Shown piece by piece: positions 36,666 through 48,638 of a stretch of 64,000 nucleotides of DNA (the stretch's first letter is position 1; each line of letters opens with the position of its first letter). This DNA comes from Piedraia hortae CBS 480.64 (Eukaryota), in contig MU005968.1 of the NCBI GenBank assembly GCA_010093745.1, forward strand, positions 124,001-188,000. Reading direction: 5' to 3'. A program made the translations under genes and the position numbers. The notes beneath the pieces are model-generated. The model searched no databases, was not told the DNA's origin, and saw nothing but the letters and a program-made list of their open reading frames with translations.

Positions 36666-38474
36666 TTCAATAACTCGACGTAGACACTGTAGATTTTTTG
36701 GTGCCCGTTTTGCAGATTCTGTTCGTATTATTCGACACCGTGGCGGTGAGAGACTGACCGTAGCCTCACAAACAGTATGTAGGCATGCTCCAGAGGCTCG
36801 AGAAATATTCGCAACCTTGCTACTTTTTGAAACCATCTCAAGGGACCATTTCAGATGAAGTCAAGCCGCAAGGGTACAACATGATTCAATCATTCTCTCT
36901 GACCGTCCACTTGGACATTGTAGCTAACCGGTCTCATCCACGAGGGCAAACCTTGCGATTCTCCGCCGTAAATGCATAAGAGGTAACAAATATTCGATTT
37001 CACATATCGCAGCAGGCTAACTATCATAACCCGTGAAATCCTCGCTGATGTTCTAATAAGCAGCGGCACCTCACAGGTGTGTCAGTATACACGCGTATCT
37101 AGAGCTACAAGAAGATCTTTTTGAGTACTCGAACCCTGGTCAGGGATGTGGGTCATCACCTGCGGATCGCTCCGTGGCGAACTGCACAACAGCTGAGATG
37201 TATTACCCTTACTTCAAACAAGCAGCTCATGCCTCCAGAAGGGCATCAGGCGTGCCAGTCTGTGTAATTACGAGTAACCCCAACCCAGCCAGCAGATCGA
37301 TCTCCGTAGGGCTTCTCAATTCTCCTGCTGCGTGCCTTCTCCGCCGTTTGGGGAGTGTCTCAGCCATGCTTTGTATTTGGTAGAAGCACATTCACCGTGT
37401 GGCGGCCCCGAGAGCACGCACCAGGGGAAAATCTTGGAAAATCCCTCATGTTCTGTTTACGTCGAGCGCCCGGGCAGGCCCTGGCTCGGAGAAGATATTT
37501 TCTCCGCAGGGCGGCAATCGACTTGATCCACGCTGTCGATGTGGCATTGAGGTAGCGAGACTGCCTTCGCGCGACACTCACCACAGTTCAGGCCTCTTGG
37601 CGCTACCAAATGCCGTACCAAAGACAGGTTTGTAGCCGGCACCACGTACAGGTGGACCTCGTCACTGGCCAAGTCAAGAGTTTCGTGCACGCGTTGGATC
37701 TGCCTCCGGCGTAAGTCGCGAAGATCGCTTCAATCATGAGTTTGATAACCAAGTCCGCATACATTGATCATTGTTCGCGCTTCTTCGGAGTCAGGACAGT
37801 TTCGACGCCAGTATACTTGGTGGTGTGTACGGCAGTTGTCCTCAAAGCTGAGTGTGGTTCATTCCTGTCTGCGCTGCGGATTTTAAACTCCGAGGATGGG
37901 TAAGTTCCAGAACATCTGAAATGACAGGTTTGAGTCGGAAACTAGATATCGATCAAAGCTCTGATAGGGTGATATAAAATTCCCGCTGCTTTTGCTGCTG
38001 TTCTTATCTAAAAACTTTCTATTGGACATTTCCAAGCGCCAAATAATCCCTCAGGGAATCTGCGTCCAGCTGTTCGCGACCGCGCTGCCACAGCGTTCAG
38101 AATCCGGATCCAAGTCAAATCACAACCAAGCGCTGGAAACAATGTGGTTGGTATAAGGTAGTTTTCGCTCTCCTAATTCATGATAGCGAGATCCTCTAGG
38201 TTTCAGTGAAAGAGCTCCGCTCGATGTCAATCATTTGGCGGAAGCAGACTTCGGAGTTATACGCCATATGACCAAGGCGCAAAAAGCTTAGTTCGTCATC
38301 TCGCAAGCAACGCTTTGATCATACCTCCTTAGCACTAGACAAAGCCTTAACGTCAGCAAGATTGCACCAGAAGCCTTATGGTGTATTTAAGCAGGTAAAC
38401 GCAACACACCATAATTTGTTCATAGCTTTATCTCAGGAGATGGCGCGAAACAACGTCCGAACATTCGCAATATT

Positions 38475-39530
38475 GCATACAATGTAGCACAAGACAGCCC
38501 TGTTGTCCACGGAGATAATGCATGATTGGGCGTGTTGGACAAGAGGAACTCCTGTGGCCCCCTTCAAGGTTACGTTTGACGCCATACGTTCAGGGGGCGC
38601 TAAAGTTTCTCGGATGCAGTTGACCGCAGCGCCAGTGTCGATGAGCGCATCGAATGCTGTGTCCCCGACCCAGGCCCGAACGCGATGTTCCGACGATGGT
38701 GTCGCCGACTGGGCCTGGATATAGTTTATGGTTTTTGCGTCAGCCGTGTTTTTTGCGTAACAGTCCTTTTGGACATGCCCCGGCCGATGGCACCGGTAAC
38801 ACTTAGCCTTCCCCGATTTCTTGCTTCGTCGGGTCTTTTTTCCCGATGGGGCATCGTCCGTGAGTGCGAGTGCCGCTTCCACGGTCAGGGCAATTCGCTT
38901 GACTTCGGCATATCCCGCGTGCGGGGCTTTGAGCACCTCCTTCCGAATAGAGGTTTTCAACGCATTAATGAATAGTCCCCGCTTCGCGGCTTCAGCCCAC
39001 CCCAGGGCGTCGCACAGCCCCTCAAGCTGCGCCACTAGATGGGATACTGATGCAGTCTGCTTTAAGTGGGCCAGTTCGCATTCTTCCCGCTGCCTGCGGA
39101 TAGCCTCAGCTTCCCCAAATGTAGCGACCAATGCGCCTTCCAACACGGTCCATTGCTGCAGTAATTGCGGTCGAGATGGGAGAGAGCGCACGAACCATTC
39201 TCGTGTTGCGCCCCTCAATTGGTTTGCCGTGTAGGCGCACTTGATCTGGGCACTGCCCAAGTCGCTATCGAGGAGTTCCTTAAGTCGTATATGCGTCAGG
39301 AACCCGGGTAATGTTCCAGGTTTCCCTGCGAACGTTTGCCCATCCGACGTAGCAACTTCGTAACTCGCCTGAGGCTTGACATCGATGTCCATGGCGGGCC
39401 CGAGCGTATGGAGAGGTGGGTGGTCGTCGTCGGAATCTGAGATTTGCTCGTCAGACGGACACGTATTTGGCCAGAATCCTGCGGCCACCACTTCTTCCAA
39501 TGGGGTATGAGGCGAGTGAACATACAAAGG
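38475..39530 (-). mobile_element. Ty3/Gypsy gag-protease fragment, copy 1
   Basis: Open 364-aa ORF with gag (QLRGATREWF, LKQTASV), CCHC knuckle CYRCHRPGHVQKDC and aspartic protease ALIDTGA; truncated inside the protease. Confidence 0.88.
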
Positions 39531-40179
39531 ACATTTGACCGTGATTCGGGCCTGTTACATTTGCATTATGAATATCCGCGGCATGACTTTCTCCGAAATG
39601 CTTTTTGAAACAAAAATCGCGAGCTAGGTAGGTCGCAAGGTTGCGAATAGTCCGCCTGGATTATATATCACGCCTTCATGCCCTTCCAGAGGTCGCGGTC
39701 AGTCCTTCGGGACGACATCGCCTCGGTGTTATGATGCAAACAAGCAAACACATCTTCTGTTTTGGCTGCTCAATAGTATATGCTTCGAAATACGTACTGC
39801 TTGAAGATTCCATAAGAGCAATACCCAAACCCTCTTCAGCGATGAAAGCGAAGCATGTATAAATTCATCATCCAGCGGCTTAATGGGTCTTCGAATGCGT
39901 GGACCCATGCCTTTTATTGAGGAAGGAAAAAAGGAGGGCGTCCAAGGGACTGGATCTGCAACCTTTCGACCAAGTACATCTTTTTTTTTCCTTGAAGGCT
40001 TCCGTCCCGTACTGGTTCCCTTGGTGGTATCCCGAGATAAATTGACGTTGGAAAAATGGCATCCAGTCTTTCTTGTTGTCTTGTGCCTTTTCTGCGGCGC
40101 TCCTTATTTTCCCTCATGTTCTCTCTGGAAATGCTCATGGATGGTGCTTTCTTGGGGGTCCAGCGTTCACGGTCGGCTT

Positions 40180-40690
40180 GTAAATGTGGACACCGGCATG
40201 ATCGCTGCTGCGGGAGCAAAATGTACCTCGTCCCAAGCTTCTTGGTTGGCCAGACAAAGTGTTGTCACATTGCTTGCGAAATTAAGCCTTTGCACCTCTC
40301 TATCGTTAATTTAGGTCAATTCTGGATGAAGTTTTGGAAAAACGTGATCCTCGCGTCCTCTCCCAGAACTACTCTGACCCATGGCCCGCTGCGCTTAAAA
40401 TCTTGGCTTGGAATTCTGGATTTTATTCGCACAGCAGTTGTCCGCTGCATGGCATCTCAACTGCAAACCATCTCGCCATAATCCCCATGCTTGCAGCATC
40501 ATCTGCGCACCTTTCGGGAAACGAAGTGCAAGCTAGGCCGATGGAAGGAACTCCTTCCTTTGCAGTCCATATGTCAGTCGTAAAAGCGAATACCAATGCC
40601 ATGGAAAGGATCCACGTGAATACAGGAACACAGTGTTCGTCGTACAGCTGTTTTACCCTTCGAAACAGAATTTGTTCCGACATGGCCTTT
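40180..40690 (-). mobile_element. hAT transposase fragment
   Basis: FAFTTDIWTAKEGVPSIGL (T.D.WT catalytic motif) and ADDAASMGIMA (TDNA.NM-like). Confidence 0.6.
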
Positions 40691-41129
40691 GGTTGAGGGT
40701 CGATGCCATGAATCCATGATATTGAAGAAATCTTTGGAGACTACTGCCGCGCGCTGAATCTCGCTCGAAACTCTGGGTTAAGGGTGCGCGTCGCGCTCGG
40801 TAATGCGATTGAGCGGACGATAGTCGCAACAGATGCGATATGTATATCGTCTTACCTCCCACACTTGGAGTGAGCACCACTGCGGGGTGCATAGCGTACC
40901 TAGTAAATAGGTACGTTATACGACTTTTGGTCATCAACCACCCATTTCACGATAGACCTCTCAAATCGATCTTGTTTTCTCAGGAGTTTCAGGCTCTCAT
41001 TCATCCATGGATATGACACGTCGGGCTCGTTGGATTTTTTGATCCATTTGAGGATTTCTGACCAGACTTAACCATGGCCTGATTTCAAATAAGAAGTGAG
41101 GGTGCTTTATGTGTTTTGTGGGTGCGACG

Positions 41130-41365
41130 GATTTCTCCCTTGGCAATGTCGGTCGGTATGATCCGATGCATTATCGAAAGTTGCTTAGCATAATTCTTCT
41201 TGTACGCAGCGACGAAATCGTCGACTCAAACAAGATGAAGAGCTGGTCATCGTGGTAGATGCGTGAGCTACCATCAACTTGTTAGCCTTTCATGTGTTGC
41301 TGTAAAGTTGGGGTATCACAAAGGTGGTAACTGTTTCAAGCCATACAGACGCCTCCTAAGGGCTG
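41130..41365 (-). mobile_element. Copia RT fragment
   Basis: ALRRRLYGLKQLPPL*Y ... IYHDDQLFILF/VDDFVAAY (frameshifted). Confidence 0.7.
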
Positions 41366-41379
41366 GGAATGGTGGGGGG

Positions 41380-42880
41380 CATGGGCACATGGTGAAATGC
41401 GCTTTTAATGTCGATAAGGGAAAATATCTTAGATGCAGCAGCGCGTTGGAGAAGGTCCTACAAGTTAGGAATCTGATACTCATCGGGGATTGTCACCTCG
41501 TCTAGTGCCCTGTAATCGACACACATGCGTAACGACCCGTCTTTTTTAGGGACAAATAACAAATTTGCAGCAACCTCGGCCTTTGAGGGCTTTATACATC
41601 CACGTTGCATGCCCTTGTCCAATGTGGCTTCCAAGGCCTCTTTTTCTTGAGTTGTGAGCGGCCTTGGGTTCCGTCCATTTTTGGCGGTGGCGGTGGTAGT
41701 GACGTGACAGACTCCCGCCACTCCTTCCTTACCGATGAAAGGAAGACCAAGGATGACGCCCTCAACCAAGTTCGGCACAACGTAACACAGGGTTGGCCGC
41801 GAGAAGACGTCGATGTTAACTATTTTCGCATGCTGTGCCACCGGGAGGCCCGTAGGCCCTAAGATGTTTATCTTTGACGGCAAGCGATCCTTTGGTGCAA
41901 TGCTTTCCTTAATGCAATTTACTGCAGCGCCTGTATCGATCAGAGCGCTGCGAGTTGTACCTTCGATCTGCACCGTGATGCGTTGTTCCGCTTGACCATC
42001 TCCATCCGATGCCGTAATCCGGTTTATAGTTTTTTGCCTTCGGTATTTGTCTTAGCATAGCAATCCCTTTGCAAATGCTAACGTCCACAATGATGGCAGG
42101 AAGCAGACGATTTCTTCTTTTTCCCGCGCCTGGTATATCTGCGGGGGTTTTCGACGGCGCCGTGCGCCACCTGCAACAACTCCTCCATCCTTTTAGCTTG
42201 CCGCTGGAGGCCGTCGTAGTCCTCCGTGTCGGTGTGGACCAACGCGAGACGAAGGGACGGCCGCAGTGCCTGGAAGGAGACCGCATGTCGAGCCTGAGGG
42301 GGCCAGTTTAGCTGGTCTGCTAGCCCGTCTAGCTTCGCGATGAGTTGCAAGTCCGTAGAGGTATGACGAATACGAGCGATCTGGAGTTCTGGCTGCTTGC
42401 GGCGAACATCCTCGCTTTCCCCAAACACATCCAGGAGGGCTGCCTCAAAGGCGCTCATTTCTGGAGTAGAATGGGTTGGACGGACACGGTGCGGACGAAC
42501 CAAGTCTGGGCAGGCCCTCGCAGCTGATTTGCCGCATAGGCACACTTGATAGACTGGTCGCGCAATTCGCTATCCAGAAATTCCTTTATCCGATTGTGCA
42601 TCAAAAAGGCAGGCAGGTTGCGGCCTTGCCCCGCGAACGTCTGTCCTCCCTCGGCTGACACCTCATAGCTTTTTGACTTAGCATCCATCTTTTCTTCGCC
42701 GTCGTCGGGATCATCATTGCTATCCGAATATTCTTCTTCCGAAGGTTGGGTGTGCGGCCAAAAACCCGCAGCGACACGCTCTTCGGGGGGGGGGTGGGGA
42801 GTGGTGACTCGTACGGAGAGGGAAGCTAGATGGTGGAATGCTTCTTGGTAAGGAACGAGCAGGGACTCTGACCCGCTCAT
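41380..42880 (-). mobile_element. Ty3/Gypsy gag-protease-RT(5') fragment, copy 2, frameshifted
   Basis: Gag homologous to copy 1 (AAGFWP, SYEV..GQTFAG, IKCAY.ANQLRG), ALIDTGAAVNCI, and RT start LLFVPKKDGSLRMCVDYRAL..IFSLIDIKSAFHHV. Confidence 0.88.
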
Positions 42881-43019
42881 AAGCAGATCAGCTGATGAGC
42901 TTGGGCGAACTGCTCATACGGCGCTAGAAAATCCCTTTGCCCTTGAGCGAGCTTGGTCTGACTCAGTCCGGAACAGAGGGATCCCAGGGTCAGGGTGAGG
43001 GTTAAAAATGTTGATTTGA

Positions 43020-43310
43020 GGGTCGGCCGAGTGATGTGCTTGGCCATGTTCTTAACGTCCAAGTGCTTGCCTCTCTCGTATTCCAGATATTCCTCAAATT
43101 AGGGGAAATATCTGTTTCTCTTAGACTTTTGTTATTGGCACGGCCCGGTACCTCCAATGGGCCGCCGAGTGTGATATAACCCGACACCATAAATCCTTTG
43201 CCCTTATCCTTCGGCCACAGAGGCAATTGCCCTTTTGGCAACCACACGAACTGCTTCTTGTCGTTTTGGTAGAAGACGCATTCATCGTGGATGATGGGGA
43301 TGTATCTTTT
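43020..43310 (-). mobile_element. IS630/Tc1-mariner-like DDE transposase fragment
   Basis: IHDECVFYQND...WLPKGQLPLWPKDKGKGFMVSGYIT..GPL..EYLEY resembles the fungal HDES.F.AND / PKG.G...MVS.F transposase motif. Confidence 0.6.
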
Positions 43311-45109
43311 TGGGCCTCTTTCAATTCTCCTTGGCGCTTGAATTGTTCGATTCTGGTTGAAAGCTCATGCAGCCCGTCCGTCAGAGCTCTGTCTGCACCG
43401 CGATCTTCTATGAAGTAGGACCGCAAACAAAGCGTGACTCTGAGTAATGCGACCAGGCCGAAAGCGAGCGATGCAATGGAAATCCTATCTTGTCTTTTCA
43501 GCGATGGTTTCTGCGGGCGAAGGTGATTAGTTGAGACCGTGGCAGGCGGGGGATACAAGCATTGACCGTATATCCATTCACAATTGAAGGCCATCCATGG
43601 CGTTGATCTCGATCGAGTCTGTCTGTAATGTGGGGGTGATCTCTTGGAGCCTTTCGCGCATGAAGGGTGTTTTGCGTGGATATATGTGCCTCTCGGCCCA
43701 CGAGGCTCTCGCTTGCAATAATCTTGACGCCCAGAGAAGCCTCAAAATTCATGAAACCTGTATGGATTACAGTGCGCCTGAAGTGGGCTATGCAGCATCT
43801 GTAAACCTTTTCATACCAAGCTGAGACCACAATGCTTGCAGACCATCAAGTTGAAACCTTCCATCTCGGCCAACGAAAAGTCGCTTGTATTGCCAGGAAC
43901 GGAGAAATTCCCAGATCCCAATCATCAAGGTTGCAGCACATCTGTACGGTTTCAAACAAGGTGGAAACGTGAGCCGCGTAATGGTCGGTCGTTGCACTGT
44001 GCGATTGATGGCAGTACGATAGCCTGAGGTGGAGGCGACGACATTGATGGCAGGGTGCAGACTGTCTTACGACAAACCCTCGTTTGAGTCTGCCCTGCAT
44101 GAATGGCGTCTGTAGGCTGATACTGTGGAAAGGGGTTCCGAAATCAACCTCCAGCCAGGCTCGTCGTGCATATCTGCGAACCGAAGGACTAAAGTTTTCC
44201 TTGGGATACACTCTTTATTACGCTGTGTTGTGCGCAGAAAGAAAATACGGCCCGATACCTGGTCTTGGCCTGTTCGTTCAGCTTGGTGAACCATTCAGGG
44301 CTTTTCTTCGAGCTCGGTCTGTCCCTTCTTCTGACGCCAATTGATTTGACGCAACTCCGACAAGTAGGCAACTCACTGCAAACTGAGATGCAACGGTGAT
44401 CAGCCGCGAGGACAAACCTCACGGTAGGATCCCGTGCCGCAGAATCAGCTGGTCGCCTCACCAGTTCGGTGAGGTAATGCTGGCGGCCTTTGTAGCGAAG
44501 GCCAGTAGGCGGTATAGCTCGGGTCCGATAAACTATGGTAATTTAGGTTCACAGGCCATCTTTCGAGACATTCGCTTCAGTCATGCAGTATATGCCCTGC
44601 GGTCCTCACATCCACACTTGGGACGAAATTCTGTTTCACCTACCTTTACTGCCCTGACTACAGCCTCATGAGGCTTAGGCAGGTCTCCGAGACGGTTGAA
44701 GATGTACCTCTTCTGAGAGGCGTGCATGCTTTCCGCACGGCGGGAATGGCACATGTCGAGGTTGCAGTATGTTGATGGCCTTCAACTCAGAGGGACAGAA
44801 AGGTCCAGGAATCTATCCTGTAGCCGCCGATACGGGAGTTTCAGTGTTCGCGACAGTCTCCCCACTGGAAGACTGTCGTCTGTCCCACCATTTTGTTACG
44901 GGCTGGCCCTTTCGTCCCATGGTTGTTTCATGGATGTGGTTCACCAGATGCGCGCGTACGCGGTACGCGCGCGCTTCCTGTGCAGAAGCTCATGAGTATA
45001 TAGTAGGCCCTCTGGCCCTATGTGGCTTCCATACGGGACAATATCTTGCTCGAACATGGGCCCTTGCACGCCCCCAGTGATTCCCTTCACACATTTGGTG
45101 AAATGTCGG

Positions 45110-45265
45110 ATGCTGTAGTCGAGTGTCGGGCTTGAGTAATGCGTGGAAGTCACTTGGTGGACATGTCTGCGGTGTTGGCTTGCGTTGGGACATGCTGTAG
45201 TGTGAACTCGCCGTCCCGGTAGAGTTCACGTACGTAGTGATAATGTACGCGGACAGCGCTTGTTA
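45110..45265 (-). mobile_element. Copia RNase H C-terminal fragment
   Basis: VRVHYHYVRELYRDGEFTLQHVPTQANTADMSTK*LP. Confidence 0.75.
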
Positions 45266-45945
45266 ACCTCTTCCCTAAGCAGCTTCCTGCTTTCGGATTA
45301 GATGCCGGCAGCCGTCGGTTTGGCTCCCAGGTCCGTTGCCCTTGCTGCCTTTTTTGGTCAATTTGTCTGCGATCTCGTGGTCTTGAATAATGCAGTGGTT
45401 CTGACAGCTTCAACTGTGTCTTTGTGGTGAGTGATAGTCCGCAAAACTCCCGTGTTCTGTTCTCAGAGCCAGCGATTGTTGCAGAACTGGCCTGGTTGAT
45501 ATGCTCCAGGATGATAAACGGGAAATGTAATCTCTTGTACTTGTCCGAAAGCATGGATTCTAGCTAAGGTATGTTCCTATTGGCCCCCAGAATATCGCCC
45601 AGGTAGCTCCCTCAGAAAGACCTTGTATGGTTGCAGCCTCCTCAATTAATGGCTTAAAAGGCTCAAACGCATCCCCAATGATGTTTATGCCAACCGCTAC
45701 AGGTGCTGGGCAGTCGCATTGCCAGTGCGGGAAATAATGGTAATTCGCATTGAGAATTGCAAGGAAACTTTTTCAGTGCATTTCAAGCGGGGCTTGCCAA
45801 GAGCAGCCAAAAATAAAAATGTCAACGAACGTTTGATTCCTAACCCTAACTCCGAAGCTTGACAGGGATCCGGATAGCCGGGGTCAATCAACCTCGGTTG
45901 CGATGGCGTCAGAAACATTCCACTTCACTGATGGAACACAGCAAC

Positions 45946-47135
45946 ATGGATACTACTGATGAGGATCTCGCAGAGTACAACATTCGGCTTGTAGGTGTCA
46001 TATTGGCCGCTTTCATTCGTTAGATTAACATTCTAGGACGCCTTCGAGCTGTACCATTTGATACACGAGCATAGTGAGTCGACAAGATCTCGCTTTGCTG
46101 GAGGTCCAGCCTTACCGGCATTGGGCCATGCTCTTGCTGGGAGTCTGGCAACAGCAACGTCAAAAGCACTTCTTTACCCGCTTGACCTGGTCACAACAAG
46201 ACTACAAGTGTGTCGACGATCCAGTGGATCCGGCAAAGAAGGATACTCGTCTCTAGTAGACGCGCTACAGAAGATATATCACGAGGAAGGCGGTCTATCG
46301 GCATTCTATATCGGCTGTGTGGCGGACGTCAGCAAGGGTATTGCTGACAGCTTCTTGTTCTTCCTGGCATACACCTTTCTGCGCCAACGACAATTGGCAG
46401 CCAGTGGGAAGAAGAACTTGTCCGCCGTCAGGGAGCTTAGCATTGGAGTCGTAGCAGGGTCTTTTGCGAAGCTCTTTACAACACCCCTGCAGAACCTGGT
46501 TACTCGTCAACAGACGGCAGCTGGGAAGGACAAAGGCAAGACGTTGACAGAGATTGCACAGCAGATTTACTCTCAAAGTGGTTGGTCGGGGTTTTGGGCA
46601 GGCTACTCAGCCTCGCTCATCCTGACGATGAACCCTGCCATCACATTCATGGTAGATGCCGTGCTTAAGCGAGTCGTGGCCCGCTCGAGCAAATTATCCT
46701 CCCGTCTCACATTCTTGGTAGCTGCAATCTCCAAAGCAGTCGCCACAACAGCTACATATCCCATCATCCTTGCCAAATCTCGTGCCCAGAGCTCTAATAA
46801 GCCGAAATCTACTCGAGCGGGCTTACGGCAACTGCTGGGTGCGCAGTATGCCATCTTTCTTTCCTTGCGTGCAGTTTATAAAGCAGAAGGGCTCAGCGGC
46901 CTTTATTCCGGCCTCGAAACTGAAGTTCTCAAGGGGTTTTTGTCACACGGGATGACTATGACAATCAAGGATCGCGCTCATGTGGGAGTAATCGAATCGT
47001 ACGTTTCGTTCCCCAATCTTGACTGCAGAATTGACTGAAGATTGCAGATACTATTTCCTCTTGAAGTTACTACGAAGATGGCCTGATGATCTAAACATCG
47101 GTTCTTCGGGACCTGCTGGCGCCGTGAAAGCGTAG
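45946..47135 (+). CDS. Peroxisomal adenine nucleotide transporter-like mitochondrial carrier (ANT1-like); introns 45991..46036 and 46999..47047
   Basis: Three carrier motifs (YPLDLVTTRLQ, TPLQNLVTRQQ, YPIILAKSRAQ), plus LPALGHALAG, LILTMNPAITF and KGFLSHG. Both introns restore frame. An alternative in-frame ATG is at 45931. Confidence 0.88.
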
Positions 47136-47484
47136 TGCATTTGAAATCATTTAATGTGTGGTCAGTATCAAAACAATGCATGTACATAACGAATCGCAGT
47201 AATACTGGTGAACTATTAGAAAACTCATGTTAATACGAGGCTACGGACTCATTGGTCCGGCAAGGAAAGTGCAACCGACTCCGGATCGCGACTGCTGCAA
47301 CAAGACAGTGCTGAGTCTCCACAGACAAGGACCATCATTTAAGGCCCAACTCAATCTTGTTTCAATTCAGTCCTCATCCTCCACACACGTCCTACTCAAC
47401 TCACTCGCAATCTACTACCTATTCTTCGTTCTTCGTTCACCTGAACAAACACACATTCTTTAAGTCAGCTGTCAATTTATCACA

Positions 47485-48171
47485 ATGTCTTTCATCCGCA
47501 AGACCCTGTCCAGCATCTCCAAGCCTCACACAAATGCAGAAACTCCTCCGACCTCGTCTTCGGCAGCAGAGCCTGTTATTGCAGCCAGCGGCAACCAAGG
47601 CATTTTACAACCCGCCAACACCCCGTCCACATCCCCTCAGCAGCCAGCCTCAGGGGATGCATCTATCAAGAATGGCTCGGCTGAGAATACCACTGTCGAC
47701 ACAACGGCAGCAGCGGTAACCAATAGTGAATCTGGCGCAACAGCCGGAAACCAGCCTGCCACTACTTCATCTGACACCATTCTTGCTGGAAGGCCATCTG
47801 CTAATCCTCCTGTCGACGCTTCGTCTGGTGATGCTGCCGGCACAGCTGCATCCAATGCTCCTACTTCGGCGCCACCGACGCCACCAGCCCCAGCGTCTAC
47901 GGTTCCAAAACACACCACCTCAAAGAAAGTCACTGCCAAGGACACAACGCCAAAGGACTCAGCGGCAAAGTCGGCACCTACTGAAGGACTGGTGGAAAAG
48001 CTGAAGGCGAAGATTGCGGCATTGTTCAACCATGACAAGCCCAAGGCGACTTCATCCGCTGAAAGCGCCAATGTTGCTCCAAAGGAAAGTCTTTTCGACC
48101 GTCTAAAGGCAAAGTTGGTCAAGCCTAAAGGCACGTCCGCCAACCCCGCAACCTCGGCTGCAACATCTTGA
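47485..48171 (+). CDS. Ala/Ser/Thr/Pro-rich low-complexity protein of unknown function
   Basis: 228-aa ORF with good ACAATGTCT start context and a pyrimidine-rich leader; two K-rich amphipathic motifs. Confidence 0.7.
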   Translation: MSFIRKTLSSISKPHTNAETPPTSSSAAEPVIAASGNQGILQPANTPSTSPQQPASGDASIKNGSAENTTVDTTAAAVTNSESGATAGNQPATTSSDTILAGRPSANPPVDASSGDAAGTAASNAPTSAPPTPPAPASTVPKHTTSKKVTAKDTTPKDSAAKSAPTEGLVEKLKAKIAALFNHDKPKATSSAESANVAPKESLFDRLKAKLVKPKGTSANPATSAATS

Positions 48172-48638
48172 ACTTTGGTTCTTTGAAAGGGTTCCTGGCT
48201 TCGCAACGGGTCGGAGGTGACGATCGAGAGCTGAAAATGTGGACGGTGTGGAGGGGAAGTGTGCAAGTGTCCTGCTAGACGGCGTACATAGTGATTCGTG
48301 CAGTATCTAGGTAATTGGTTTATGTGAGATGAGACATCGACTTTAGTACTTCTTGTTCCCGCATGCTCAGAACATCCGAAATGGTGTCATTCGGCACCGA
48401 AAATTGGTCGCCCCTGCCAACCAGGCGAAATTAATAATTCCTAACAAGACGGTCCCACAAGGCAACTGCGCCGTTAAACGTTCTGCAAGTTGATTGGATG
48501 GTTTCTGAAACATGACAGCCAATCACGACTAGCGCGTCGTCATTAGTGGCGGTGCAATGACTAGCGTGGCTGGCAACCACAACATCATCACAGCAACAGC
48601 AACATTTCCAGCGGCTCCTTGGGCTCCTTCCAGCGGCC

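Noticed and set aside
42985..43005. AGGGTC-AGGGTG-AGGGTT and isolated TAACCCTAA (about 45841, 55536) as interstitial telomere
   Set aside because: Too short and degenerate.
44950..44972. Perfect 10-bp hairpin GCGCGCGTAC-GCG-GTACGCGCGC as a Helitron 3' end
   Set aside because: No CTRR at the usual spacing and no Rep/helicase remnant; low-complexity CG repeat.
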